A stretch of 64,000 nucleotides of DNA, from contig OY762926.1 of the NCBI GenBank assembly GCA_963666735.1, forward strand, positions 2,368,001 to 2,432,000, read 5' to 3'. Position numbers and translations under genes: made by a program. The notes under the pieces were generated by a model. That model ran no database searches. It saw only the letters and a list, made by a program, of their open reading frames with translations, and had not been told where the DNA came from. Shown one piece after another: positions 50,721 through 60,622 of the stretch (positions are counted from its first letter, which is position 1; every line of letters begins with the position of its first letter). Source of the DNA: Gemmatimonadota bacterium. GTDB lineage: Bacteria; Gemmatimonadota; Gemmatimonadetes; Palauibacterales; Palauibacteraceae.

Positions 50721-52457
50721 CTCGGATCCTGCGTTGGTGCATAATCGGACGGCCGGAGGCGCGATTATGACCTGCGGCTGTGGCGATTTGGCGCGGGTGG
50801 TGGCGTTTTCGGGGCCGGACCGGGCCTCGGTGGGGGGCCGGCGGGGTTCGGGAGGGACCCCGGGCGGCGCGCGGAGACACGGGAACGGGGCGCCGCCGCG
50901 CGGCGCCTTCGCAAGGCCGGGTCCGGGGTCGGTCAGGCGGGCGCGGGCGGCGGGAGGCCGTTCTCGATGGTGCGGAGCGCCCGCCGCGGGAGGCCGAGGG
51001 CCGACTCGCCGCGCGCGAACCCGAGCGAGGTTCGGCGGGCGTGGGAGGTGATCCTGGCCGGGGCGCGCAGCAGGCGCAGCCGGATGCCGCGCGGCTGCGC
51101 GGTGCCCCAGCGGCCGCCGAGGCAGTTCGCGCGCAGGATGTGGAGGAGTTGGTAGGCGAGCGCGGCGAGGCCCCACAGGAGGGCGTTGCCGCCGAGGTCG
51201 TCGACCGCGGTGCGCCCGGCCGAGAGCGGGCCCAGCTCCTCGATCCGCTGTTCGACGACCGCGCCCGCGTTGTAGGCGCGCCACGCGTCGACGGGGCCGA
51301 CGCCCTCGATGTTGGTGAGAACGTCGGCGCTCATCGCGGTCTCCCACGCCGCGAGGTCGAGCTCCCCCTCCTCCGGCCCGATCCGTCTCCGCCTCTCGAC
51401 CGAGAGAAGCCGCGTCCCCCACAGCTCGCCGGAGGCGGTCCTCAACTCCCGGTCCCCGGCCCCGTCGGCGGCGGCCGTCTCCCAGGCGCCCCGGAAGCCG
51501 TCGAGCCAGCCGTGCCGCGGCACCTTGAGCAGATAGGAGACGCCGAGCTCCTCCATGCTCGCCGCGATGCGCTTGGAGAAGAACCCCTTGTCCAGCCGCA
51601 CGGTGATGTCCCGCACCCCCGCCTCCCTCAGGCGGGCCACCAGCCCGGCCAGCCACGCCTCGGCTCCCCCGGCCGTGTGCGCGTTGCCCGGCCGCCAGCG
51701 CACCCCGAGGCAGTCGCCCGTCTCCAGGACGTAGGCCAGCAGCGGATGGTGCGAGGGACGGCCCGGCTTCTTCGGATTGTAGCCCTTCTCCGCCCCGGCC
51801 TGTCTCAGCCCGTAGCGCACCACCACGGTCGAGTCCATGACGACCGTCGCCGACCGGGGCGCCCCGCCCGCCATCTCCCAGCGCCGCCGCACCATCCGCC
51901 ACGGCAGCTCGTCCAGAAGCGGCGACAGCACGGCCGCCGAGCGCCGCAGCCAGCGCCCGAACGTGGCCGGGTGCGGCACCCGCCTCCAGCCGAAGATGCG
52001 GCGTACCCCCCGCCGCTCGAGAAACGGCAGGTCGTCCATCACCCCGCCGCCGTACAGGAGCAGCGCCACCCACAACTCGACCATCAGCGACGGCCGGTAG
52101 CGGCCGGGGACGTTCCCGGTCCGGTCGTCGATCCAACGGCCCAGCCCCAGCGCGTCCCACAGCCTCCGGACCACGACCAGGCCGCCCGCGTCGGTGATCC
52201 GTACGCCGCCGCCGCGGACCCCCGGCGCCGCCGCCGATCCTTGCACGTGCGGGCGCGATCCGGTATAGTCGTTTCCGCGCACCATTCGGGTGTCCTCCGT
52301 TCCGGGGTGAACTCTTGTCCAGTCCCTCTGAACGTAGGGCCCCGGGCGGTGCGTTTCCATAGTCCGACACTATGCTCTCACTATCGTCAAGGCTTCCGCG
52401 GCCCGGCTACGGCCGCCCTCCCGGACGAGCCCCGCGCCAACGATCGCAGGATCCGGG
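50721..52457 (-). mobile_element. IS1380-type element with transposase ORF 50933-52360
   Basis: Terminal IR CTCGGATCCTGCG / CGCAGGATCCGGG (12/13); DSTV, GYNPKK...HPLLA, RPGNAHT, RLDKGF, YN...VEQRIEE. Confidence 0.8.
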
Positions 52458-52486
52458 TTGACAGCTCTGGCCCGCTTCCGTAGAAT
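52458..52486 (+). promoter_or_regulatory. Near-consensus sigma70 promoter of locus B
   Basis: TTGACA-N17-TAGAAT, 51 nt before the ATG at 52538. Confidence 0.75.
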
Positions 52487-52537
52487 TGTCGTCGCTATTC
52501 AACTTAGTTTGTCTCGCCAATTCCGTGGAGAATGCAG

Positions 52538-52765
52538 ATGAACAAGGTCGCCTTCCGTTGGAATCGCCTGCTTCAGCTCTTGGGCCTGCTCCTGATCGCC
52601 GTGTTGTCAGTTGGCCCCGAAGCCGCGCGAGCTCAAGAAGCAGGCGACGACGACTGCTTTCAGTTATACGGTTGCGAAGTCTGTCCCGCTCAAGACCCGG
52701 ACTGCATCACATATGTCTGCCCGGTCGGTGACCCCAGGGGTGTGGGGATCCTCTGCATAGGATGA
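52538..52765 (+). CDS. Secreted 6-Cys peptide precursor B (75 aa)
   Basis: GGAG RBS; signal ending ARA; mature QEAGDDDCFQLYGCEVCPAQDPDCITYVCPVGDPRGVGILCIG; ATGA overlap with the next gene. Confidence 0.85.
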   Translation: MNKVAFRWNRLLQLLGLLLIAVLSVGPEAARAQEAGDDDCFQLYGCEVCPAQDPDCITYVCPVGDPRGVGILCIG

Positions 52766-54561
52766 CTGCTGGATCGCGCAGTCCAGGGGATAAAGGGGAT
52801 GGTCGGTGGAACCGGGTCGTCAACATTGCGATCTTGGGAGTGCTCGCCATCCTGCTGTTCAATCCGTCGGGTGTGGTGGGAAGCTGGATCATCGCAGAGT
52901 ACAAAGAATGGCAGGAGCAGCGGCGAATCGCCCTGAACTGGCCGGAGTTGACAAGCGCATCGAGTTATCTTGGTCCGTCGCCTCTACAGGATGGTGCCGT
53001 CATAGTGGAGTTTGTGGACTATGACTGTCCCGCTTGTAAGGCGGTGGCTCCCGATGTCCTGGAGGGTGCTCGCGGCCGCGGCGTTACGGTGATTATGCGC
53101 CACGTCCCCTCTGAACGCGGTGGTCCGGCTGCAACGGAAGCGGCTCTCGCGGCGATCTGCGCAGAGCAGTACGGTCTGTTCCCGGAGGCGCATGGCGCGC
53201 TGATCTCGGAGGAGATGTGGCTGGAGACTCGAGATTGGGCGGGCTTCGCCGTCAACTTGGGAATTGGCGACCCAGAGTCGTTCGGCAATTGTGTGAGCGA
53301 GGAAGAAGCACCGCGGCGCCGTCTCGCCCGCGACGTGGAGTTGGCGGAAGTTCTGCGGATTCCCGGGACGCCGACCTTTGTCTCAGCCGAAGAGTTGCAC
53401 TTGGGGGCGCCGGGACTGGCGTCGGCGTTGGCCGCGGCTGCCCCGACGCGGCAGCACGCCCCGCGTCGTCCCTCGACCGACCCGGTCTTCGATTCGTCGG
53501 AGCACGGGGATCTTTCCGAGCGGCTGCTGTCCGTCAGAGCTGGCTTCTTCACGCCGGACGGTGGTCTCGTTGTGGTGGACCGCACCGAGATCCACATCAT
53601 CGACATGGCGTCCGGGGAGCATCGAGTGGTGGGGCGCAAGGGAGGGGGGCCGGAGGAATTCAGCCACATATCGCGGGCGGTTCGCACGTCGGAGGGTGTC
53701 GCCGTTAGCGACTACCTCAGACGTCGTATCGTGTCGATTGGGCGCGATGGCGGTTTTGGCCACTCCCAAAGCTACTCGGATGTTCCGCTCAACAGCCTTC
53801 AACCGCAGCTGGTAGCCCGTCATCCAGACGGCAGCACGGTCTTCCGCGACGTCGCGCCGCGCGTGCGGCAATCCGAGGGTCGATACTGGCGGCCAGCTCG
53901 GTACGTGGCGGTGGATGCCGACGGCGGACTTCGGGTGGTCGCGGAGACACCAGGCAACGAACGGTACTCCGACACGAGAGACAACAGTCCCGTGTTGTTT
54001 GGTCACCGGACATTGGAAGCGGCGACCGCAGACCGTCTCGTCGTCGCCGAAACTGACCGGGGATCCATCTCGGTACTCGACTGGAGCGGCGTGCCGGTCG
54101 CCGGTATTCCGATGCCGGCCAGCGTTAGGCTGTCCGCGGACCAGGTGCGGATGGGGCGAGAGTCCGCGGCGTCGCAGCGGCGGCAGGAAAGGGGGTGGCT
54201 CGTGGAAGCCGCGTTGGACGGCAGGTTCCCGTTCCCGCCGTCGGCCGTAGAGGAGCGACTCCTCTCCTTTTCGCCGGACTGGCCGGCAAACGAAGTGGCG
54301 CCCCCGATCGATGCGATGCTGACGGACTTCGATTCGAGACTCTGGGTGAGAGATTATCGGCTTCCCGGCCAGGATAGCGTAACGTGGCGAGTGTGGGACA
54401 TCGACCGGGAGCGGCTGCTGTTCACGGCGAGCATGGATGGTGAGGACACGTTGCTCGACGCGCGAGGCGACGTAGTGCTGCTGCGCCGATTGGATCCATT
54501 CGACGCTCACCAGGTTGTGGTTACTCCGCTTGGCCCCGAGCAGGCCAATGGGGGGACTTAG
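52762..54561 (+). CDS. DsbA-like domain fused to a beta-propeller
   Basis: TM helix, EFVDYDCPAC, AICAEQ...FGNC, PGTPTF; then GGGPEEF and a C-terminal DPFDAHQV propeller motif. Confidence 0.85.
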   Translation: MTAGSRSPGDKGDGRWNRVVNIAILGVLAILLFNPSGVVGSWIIAEYKEWQEQRRIALNWPELTSASSYLGPSPLQDGAVIVEFVDYDCPACKAVAPDVLEGARGRGVTVIMRHVPSERGGPAATEAALAAICAEQYGLFPEAHGALISEEMWLETRDWAGFAVNLGIGDPESFGNCVSEEEAPRRRLARDVELAEVLRIPGTPTFVSAEELHLGAPGLASALAAAAPTRQHAPRRPSTDPVFDSSEHGDLSERLLSVRAGFFTPDGGLVVVDRTEIHIIDMASGEHRVVGRKGGGPEEFSHISRAVRTSEGVAVSDYLRRRIVSIGRDGGFGHSQSYSDVPLNSLQPQLVARHPDGSTVFRDVAPRVRQSEGRYWRPARYVAVDADGGLRVVAETPGNERYSDTRDNSPVLFGHRTLEAATADRLVVAETDRGSISVLDWSGVPVAGIPMPASVRLSADQVRMGRESAASQRRQERGWLVEAALDGRFPFPPSAVEERLLSFSPDWPANEVAPPIDAMLTDFDSRLWVRDYRLPGQDSVTWRVWDIDRERLLFTASMDGEDTLLDARGDVVLLRRLDPFDAHQVVVTPLGPEQANGGT

Positions 54562-54569
54562 CTAGCTAG

Positions 54570-56813
54570 TTAGATCACCTGGAACGTCACCCACTGGGAG
54601 ACCCAAACTGCAGTCAGCTCATCGCTGTTGCTCGCGGGCCGGAAGCGCATCTGCTCGACGACTTCCGCGGCGGCGCGGTCCAGCGCCTCGTTGCCGCTGC
54701 TCGTCTTCACTCTGTGGTTGACAACGGCACCCGACAGGTCGACGTAGAGCCACATCTCGACCCGGCCACCAATGCCCGCTTGCTTCAGGTCGCTCGGATA
54801 AGCTCTCTCGATCGCCTGCTGTATCTCGCCCCCATTCTGAAGAGCCGGGGGCGTGTCGTACCCGACGAAGGTCGGCTGGTCCGCCGGGGCATCGCTGTCT
54901 GCGGCGCCGCCCTTGGTCGTGATTGCAACCACGCCATTCCTGGCACGCTCACCGTACATCTCGACAGCCCGCTCGCCCTTGACGACGTCGACATGGTCGA
55001 TATCGAGAGCCTGGAGGTCTGCCAAGCTCGTGCCCTCGGATAGCATGACTCCGTCGACGATGATGAGCGGCGCCTCGTCCATTGCCGGCGTGACGAAAAT
55101 ATCCGGGGCCCCATCCTGGTCGAAATCCGCGATCAAGTTCTCACTCTCGTGGTCCGTGCTGTCCATCGCGCCGGTCTTGGTCGTGATTTCGACCACGCCA
55201 TTCCTGGCGCGCTCGCCGTACAGATCGACCGCCCGCTCGCCCTTGACGATCTCGACGTGGCCGATGTCGAGGGCCTGTATGTCTCCCAGGCTCGCGCCCT
55301 CGGATAGCATGACTCCGTCGACGATGATCAACGGATTCAGCGCCTGTCGGACCGTTGGGTGCAGCCACAGATCCGCATCGTCCCCGTCAACGGGCCGGCC
55401 GTTGAGAAGGATGTCGCGCAACTCCAAGGGTTCCTCGGTCTGAGGAGGACCGCCGTCAACTGGGATCATGTCCCCAACCTCGAAGGTGACCCACTGGGAG
55501 ACCCAGACGTCGGTCGGCTGGTCACGGTTCATCGCGGGCTCGAAGCGCATCGTCGCGACCACATCGGCGGCGGCGGCGTCCAGAGCATCGTGGCCGCTGC
55601 TCATCTTGAGTTCGGAGTTCCGGACCACCCCGGACGCGTCGAGGTACAGCCACACTTCGACTCGGCCGCCGATTCCCGCCGTCATGAGGTCCCGCGGGTA
55701 GGCGTCCTGGAGGGCTAGCATCACAGCCCCGGCGTTCTGCAGAACCGGCGGCCTGTCGTACGCGATGAAGGACGGCCGGTCACCGCGCGCCATGACCTCC
55801 TCGCCGGGCACCAGCGGAGGCGCCCATTCGCTGGATTCGGACGGCGGTGTCACCGTCGCGGCGGGCGGTTCCGGCGCGTTCACGGAAGTCTCGGGTCCGG
55901 GGCAGCCGAGCACGAAGAGGACGGCGACCATGACCACCCCCGAAGCCCCCAGCGTTCGGAGCGGACGCATGCTGGCCGCCGGCTCGGTCATGCGGCGCAG
56001 GCGTCGTTCCACGGCCGGCTTGCGTTCGGCGAAGGCGGCGGCCGCGAGCAGCGGGCCGGAGACGCGGCTGCCCACGGTGAGGAGGGCGTCCGCGTAGTCG
56101 CGCGGCGACTCCCCCCGCCGGAGCACGCGACGGTCGCAGTCGAACTCGATCGCGAGCCGCAGCCGGGACAGCTGCCACCACACGAGCAGGTTCCAGGGCA
56201 TCAGCACGAGGGCGGTGACCGCCGCGGCGAAGAGCCGATGGTCGCCGGCGCGCTGATGCTCCCGCTCGTGGAGAAAGACGAGGCGGAGCAGCCTGTCCTC
56301 GAGTTCGGGGATCCACTTCGGCATCACGACGATCGAGCGGCGGATGCCGACGACGGCCGGTCCCCGCTCGTCGGAGATCATGACCGGCGATCCCGCGACG
56401 CGGCCCGGCGTCCATGTCCGCATCTCCGACCGCAGCCGACCGTAGATCCGGCCCAGGTAGCCGACCATGGCGACGGCCAGGAGCACCCAGCCCCACCCCA
56501 GCACCGTGCCGACGGCCGCCCCATCGAAACCCCCACCGGCCTCCGCGGCCATCGCGGGCAGTTCCGGCGCCGCGGCGACGATCGCCGGACCGCTCAACCC
56601 GACCGCCGGCGCGGCGGACGACACCCCGAAGCCGGGGAGGAGTCCGGGAGCGAGGAAGGCGACGACGGGCACCGTCACGGATCCGGCGACCGCCGCGAAC
56701 CACGCCCAGCGCACGGGCTTGCGGAAGTGGCCCAGCGCCCGCTCCGAGGCGAGGGCGGCCAGGGCGAGGAGTCCCGAAATCAACAGGCAGTATCCGATCC
56801 AGGCGATGACCAT
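54570..56813 (-). CDS. BlaR1/M56 peptidase fused to TonB-C and plug-like domains
   Basis: HEREH, AIEFDCD; two TonB-C repeats (YP..GIGGRVE.W); two PLIIVDGV...NGVV.ITTK repeats. Confidence 0.88.
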   Translation of the reverse strand: MVIAWIGYCLLISGLLALAALASERALGHFRKPVRWAWFAAVAGSVTVPVVAFLAPGLLPGFGVSSAAPAVGLSGPAIVAAAPELPAMAAEAGGGFDGAAVGTVLGWGWVLLAVAMVGYLGRIYGRLRSEMRTWTPGRVAGSPVMISDERGPAVVGIRRSIVVMPKWIPELEDRLLRLVFLHEREHQRAGDHRLFAAAVTALVLMPWNLLVWWQLSRLRLAIEFDCDRRVLRRGESPRDYADALLTVGSRVSGPLLAAAAFAERKPAVERRLRRMTEPAASMRPLRTLGASGVVMVAVLFVLGCPGPETSVNAPEPPAATVTPPSESSEWAPPLVPGEEVMARGDRPSFIAYDRPPVLQNAGAVMLALQDAYPRDLMTAGIGGRVEVWLYLDASGVVRNSELKMSSGHDALDAAAADVVATMRFEPAMNRDQPTDVWVSQWVTFEVGDMIPVDGGPPQTEEPLELRDILLNGRPVDGDDADLWLHPTVRQALNPLIIVDGVMLSEGASLGDIQALDIGHVEIVKGERAVDLYGERARNGVVEITTKTGAMDSTDHESENLIADFDQDGAPDIFVTPAMDEAPLIIVDGVMLSEGTSLADLQALDIDHVDVVKGERAVEMYGERARNGVVAITTKGGAADSDAPADQPTFVGYDTPPALQNGGEIQQAIERAYPSDLKQAGIGGRVEMWLYVDLSGAVVNHRVKTSSGNEALDRAAAEVVEQMRFRPASNSDELTAVWVSQWVTFQVI

Positions 56814-56817
56814 GTCC

Positions 56818-57189
56818 CTACTCCTTCGAGCTGAGGCGTTCGTCCACCAGGCCGCGCAGGTTCTCGAGGTCCTCCTTCGAGAGCGCCCGGTCGGAGACGA
56901 GATGCGTGAGCAGCAGTTCCGGCGACCCCTGGAACATCTTCTGAACCAGCCGGCGCACCGCGCTCGCCCCGGCGCATTCCCGCCCGACGAGCGTGTGATA
57001 GCGGTAGGCCTTCCCCTCCTGGGTGTGCCCCACGTACCCCTTCTCCTCCAGCGTCCGGAGGATCGTGAGCACGGTCGTGTAGGCCAACTCATCGCCGAGG
57101 CGGTCCTGCACCTCCGCCACGGTCGAGGCCCCTCTCTCCCAGAGCACCGCCATGAGGTCGAGTTCCCGAGTCGTGAACTTGATCTCCAC
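56818..57189 (-). CDS. BlaI/MecI/CopY family repressor
   Basis: RELDLMAVLW, LAYTTVLTILRTLEEKGYV. Confidence 0.93.
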   Translation of the reverse strand: MEIKFTTRELDLMAVLWERGASTVAEVQDRLGDELAYTTVLTILRTLEEKGYVGHTQEGKAYRYHTLVGRECAGASAVRRLVQKMFQGSPELLLTHLVSDRALSKEDLENLRGLVDERLSSKE

Positions 57190-57381
57190 GAGACCCGTCC
57201 TTTCGTCCCGAACCGTCAGCGTCGCCACCCGCGGCGGCCGGCCGTCGTCGAAGCGGCGGCGGGCCGAGCTGCGGCGTCGTTCCCGAGTGAGCGTAAACGC
57301 GCCGGGGCGCCGCTGTCAACTAGGTACGTAGTAGAAACGTCCGAAGGACCCCGATCGGGACATGGGGCGGGACGCGCGGGT

Positions 57382-60300
57382 TTACGCGCGCAACCAGTTG
57401 TGTGCGAAACGCACGAACCAGGAGGCGCCGGCGGACCGCAGGAAGCCGCAGGCCTCGCGTTGATCGCCGGGCCGGTTGGGTGGGGAGTACGTGCCGGCCA
57501 GCACTCTCAGCTTCTCGGCGCTCAGCCTGTCCAGCTCGGCTGTATGATCCGCGGCTTCGATGAGACCGTCGACCGTGGCCCGGCGGTCGCGAGTCCCCAT
57601 CGCCGCGGCGCGAAACCAATTCACCAGGTAGAGGTCGTTCTCCCCCACCCCATCGGAACCATCCCCTATCCGTTCGAGGCAGGCCTCCACCTCGCTCTGA
57701 TTGTCATCGGTCATCGCCAGCAGGCCGGTGAGTGCTTGCGCCTGCGCTCCGAACGGATGTTGACCCATGTGCCCGGGACACCGGAGCAGCCGCTCCATGT
57801 ACCGTCGACAAAGAGCGTAGTCCCCCTTGAAGAAGACGCACTCTGCCTGATTCAGCAGGGCGCAGGCTCGGGCTTCGGGTGGACTCTCGAGCGCCTCGTC
57901 CATCTTGCGGCAGCGACCGAGTTCATCGAGCGCCCGCTCGAAGTTGCCGAGTTCCAGCAGCACCGCGCCCAGGTTGTTGAGGTTCACCGACTCGTGGCGG
58001 TTCCCGTTGAGGATCCCGGAGGCATCTTCGAGCAGCCGGAGGGCATCGTGGAGACGCGCGCCTCGCATCGCCACCCAGAACTCGGCGGCAGTGGCGGCCC
58101 TGAAGCCCTCGTAGCCGAGCCAGTTGAGCTTGTGGCGGCAAGTCTCGAGCACCAGGCGAGCCTCCGTGAGACCGCTTTGACCTCCGACCTGCTGGAAGAG
58201 GAGCCGAAATGCATCGCACCAGACGCCCGCGTGGCGGGCATCCTCCTGGACGATCCCTCGGAGATGCGTGCGGATCCTCTCGACACCGGGCTTCCCGGTC
58301 CGCCGGAGCGTAGCATCCGTTGCCTCGAGTACGACCATCTGCACGGTCAGCGCGCGGATGAGCGCCGGGTCGGTCGCGTGCCCGCGAGCCTCCTTCAGAT
58401 TCCGTCGGTGCAGACCCGTCGCGAGTCGGTCTCCCGACGCCACCGCCGCCCGCGCCAGCGCCAATTGGACGCGGCTCAGGTCGTTCCCGGTGTCCGCGAC
58501 AGCGGCAATCTGGTGCAGCACGCCCGCGGCCCGTCGAAACCGGCCTCGCTGAAACTCGGCTTCCGACAGGAGGAAGCCGGAGCGCAGACGCTCGGCTCCG
58601 GCCGTGGCATGCTCGAACGCCAATGCCGCCGCCCGACCCGCGACCGGCGATCGGCCTTCCCGCAAAGCCCGCTTCGCCACCTTGCAGGCCAGACCGAAAG
58701 CACGGGAGGACTCTCCGGCCGCGGCCAGTTCGGAGGCGGCCGCCGCACGCGCGCCGAGACCAGCGTTCTCAAGGGCTCGAGCCGCTGCCAGGTGCACCTT
58801 CGTTCTCTCGTCCGGCTGCAGATTCCACGCGAGCACGGCACCGGCCAGCGGACGGCTCAGCGTCCATTGGTCGGTCTCGGAGTGTAACCAGCCCTTGGCC
58901 CGGAGCCCTTCAAGAGCCTCCCCGCTCGAATGTCCGGCCACGATCACATCGCCGTGGGCGCGCGCCGCGCGCGTGAGCAGCGCCAACGTCGTCGCCAGCC
59001 GTCCTTCACGGCGCGAGAGCGCGGCCAGTTGATCGCCGACGAGCGACCGAACCTCGGCGGACCGCTCATACGCCAATCGTCCGCCCGATTCCCGGTCGCT
59101 GGCTGTCGCAGGGCTGAAGTTGTGGCGCATCCACGCCCTGAGGATCGCCCGAGCCAGAGCCGGATTGCCTCCGGAGAGCCTCGCGCTCTCGACCGCCTGG
59201 TGAGGACCGCAGCCCGTCTCGGTCGCCGCAAGCGACACCGCGCACGCTTCGGTGGTGAGTGGATCGAAGTTGATTACGAAGTCCACCAGACGGGCGGCTT
59301 CCGCCTGCCGAGCCACGTCCGGGTCCGAGAAACCGACGACCATGGCGCCTGATGGATCTGCTGGATCTGCGGTCCGCATGACCTCCTCCACGGCGGCCCA
59401 ATCCCGAACATCGGCTCTGATCACGATGAGCCGCGTCTTTCGGGGGTAGCGGCGCAACTCCGAGGCCAGCTTCTCTCGCGTCCCTGCCAGGTCCGGCGGA
59501 AGCCACTGCACCAGCCCTCCACCGCCGCATACGAGCGCGGCGAAGTTCCGCACGACGTTTTCCCTCCCGGAACCGCGCTCGCCGGCCAGGACCAACCGTA
59601 CGGGCGCGGCGCCGGATGCACGGCGAGCGACCCTCAGTTGGCGGAACTCTCCTCCTCGATCCGACATCCGCGGTTCGTGGCGCTCGCGGACGACCGGAGG
59701 CGCGGCGTCCAGCTGGCTTCGAGCCCACGCCGCCGTTTCCGTCAGCTTCGTGGCGCTGGCGACCCATCCGCATTTCTCCAGTGCTCCGTAGTATGCAAGG
59801 GCGGAGGCGTAGTCGCCCTTCATGCCCAATGCACGCATGAGAGTGCTGTGCGCGTGCTCGTCGAACTCGTTTTGCCTCACGAGCCGGAGCGCGGCCAGAC
59901 ACGTCCGGTCCCAGTCGCCGCTCTCCTCGGCGGCTTGCTGTACGTTCTTGAGCGCCATGGCGACCAGAACGCGGCAACGCTCCCGTTCGCCGTCCAGCCA
60001 GCGCTCGAACTCGTCGGCTCCCAGGTTGAGCAGGCCGGTGGCGAAGTCTCCCCGGCACAGATCGATGACGGTCTCGTGATCCCCGTCCTCGAACGCCCGT
60101 TCGAAAGCATCGAGTTCGTACGTAACCCGCCGCGGTATGAGCCGGACCGTGTTGACGTCCACCGTGATCACCGGACCCATGGACGACCGGATGTCGTATA
60201 GTGCCTGGCTGAGCGAATGTCGCGCCTTCTTGTCGCGGCTGTCCCAGAGCAGATCGGCGAGCGTCTCCCGCATGTGAACGGCGCGGGGGTGCGCAACGAG

Positions 60301-60399
60301 ATAGAGCAGGAGGCCCATGTGCTTCCTTGACCGCAGCGAGATTCTTGCCCCCCGTGCGTCCGAGGCCGTGACCTCGCCGAAGCAGCGCAGCGTGAACAT
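57382..60399 (-). CDS. SARP/BTAD transcriptional regulator with degenerate NTPase and TPR regions
   Basis: LLLYL...RETLADLLW...ARHSLSQALY, FERWLDGERE, DEHAHSTLMRAL; GERGSGR; LNNLG TPR. Confidence 0.8.
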   Translation of the reverse strand: MFTLRCFGEVTASDARGARISLRSRKHMGLLLYLVAHPRAVHMRETLADLLWDSRDKKARHSLSQALYDIRSSMGPVITVDVNTVRLIPRRVTYELDAFERAFEDGDHETVIDLCRGDFATGLLNLGADEFERWLDGERERCRVLVAMALKNVQQAAEESGDWDRTCLAALRLVRQNEFDEHAHSTLMRALGMKGDYASALAYYGALEKCGWVASATKLTETAAWARSQLDAAPPVVRERHEPRMSDRGGEFRQLRVARRASGAAPVRLVLAGERGSGRENVVRNFAALVCGGGGLVQWLPPDLAGTREKLASELRRYPRKTRLIVIRADVRDWAAVEEVMRTADPADPSGAMVVGFSDPDVARQAEAARLVDFVINFDPLTTEACAVSLAATETGCGPHQAVESARLSGGNPALARAILRAWMRHNFSPATASDRESGGRLAYERSAEVRSLVGDQLAALSRREGRLATTLALLTRAARAHGDVIVAGHSSGEALEGLRAKGWLHSETDQWTLSRPLAGAVLAWNLQPDERTKVHLAAARALENAGLGARAAAASELAAAGESSRAFGLACKVAKRALREGRSPVAGRAAALAFEHATAGAERLRSGFLLSEAEFQRGRFRRAAGVLHQIAAVADTGNDLSRVQLALARAAVASGDRLATGLHRRNLKEARGHATDPALIRALTVQMVVLEATDATLRRTGKPGVERIRTHLRGIVQEDARHAGVWCDAFRLLFQQVGGQSGLTEARLVLETCRHKLNWLGYEGFRAATAAEFWVAMRGARLHDALRLLEDASGILNGNRHESVNLNNLGAVLLELGNFERALDELGRCRKMDEALESPPEARACALLNQAECVFFKGDYALCRRYMERLLRCPGHMGQHPFGAQAQALTGLLAMTDDNQSEVEACLERIGDGSDGVGENDLYLVNWFRAAAMGTRDRRATVDGLIEAADHTAELDRLSAEKLRVLAGTYSPPNRPGDQREACGFLRSAGASWFVRFAHNWLRA

Positions 60400-60622
60400 G
60401 TTCTTCTCCCCTTGAAGATTGACGTGGCGCCAGAGGCTCCGGCGCCCGGAATCTACTTACGGGGGAGATATGTACTGGGTATCAACACGTTGCGCCACAA
60501 GAAGATATCAGGCGTTGGACAGGCTGTTCCGAGCCGACGCAGCTCCCCCAATAGGGGGAGTGGAGGGCCAGCCGTCGGCTACTTCGTCCAGATCACGGCG
60601 GGGCGAGGGTTCACGGGAGGGG

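Larger units (their letters stand above)
49249..52463 (-). mobile_element. IS1202/ISNCY-type IS, inactive, with an IS1380-type element nested in one end
   Basis: Ends TGTCAA...TTGACA; subterminal TAGAAATGTCC repeats; exact 14-bp inverted match 49287-49300/50707-50720. Confidence 0.75.

Noticed and set aside
60543..60560. Hairpin CTCCCCC-AATA-GGGGGAG downstream of the NifU-N gene
   Set aside because: No U-tract; cannot be called a terminator with confidence
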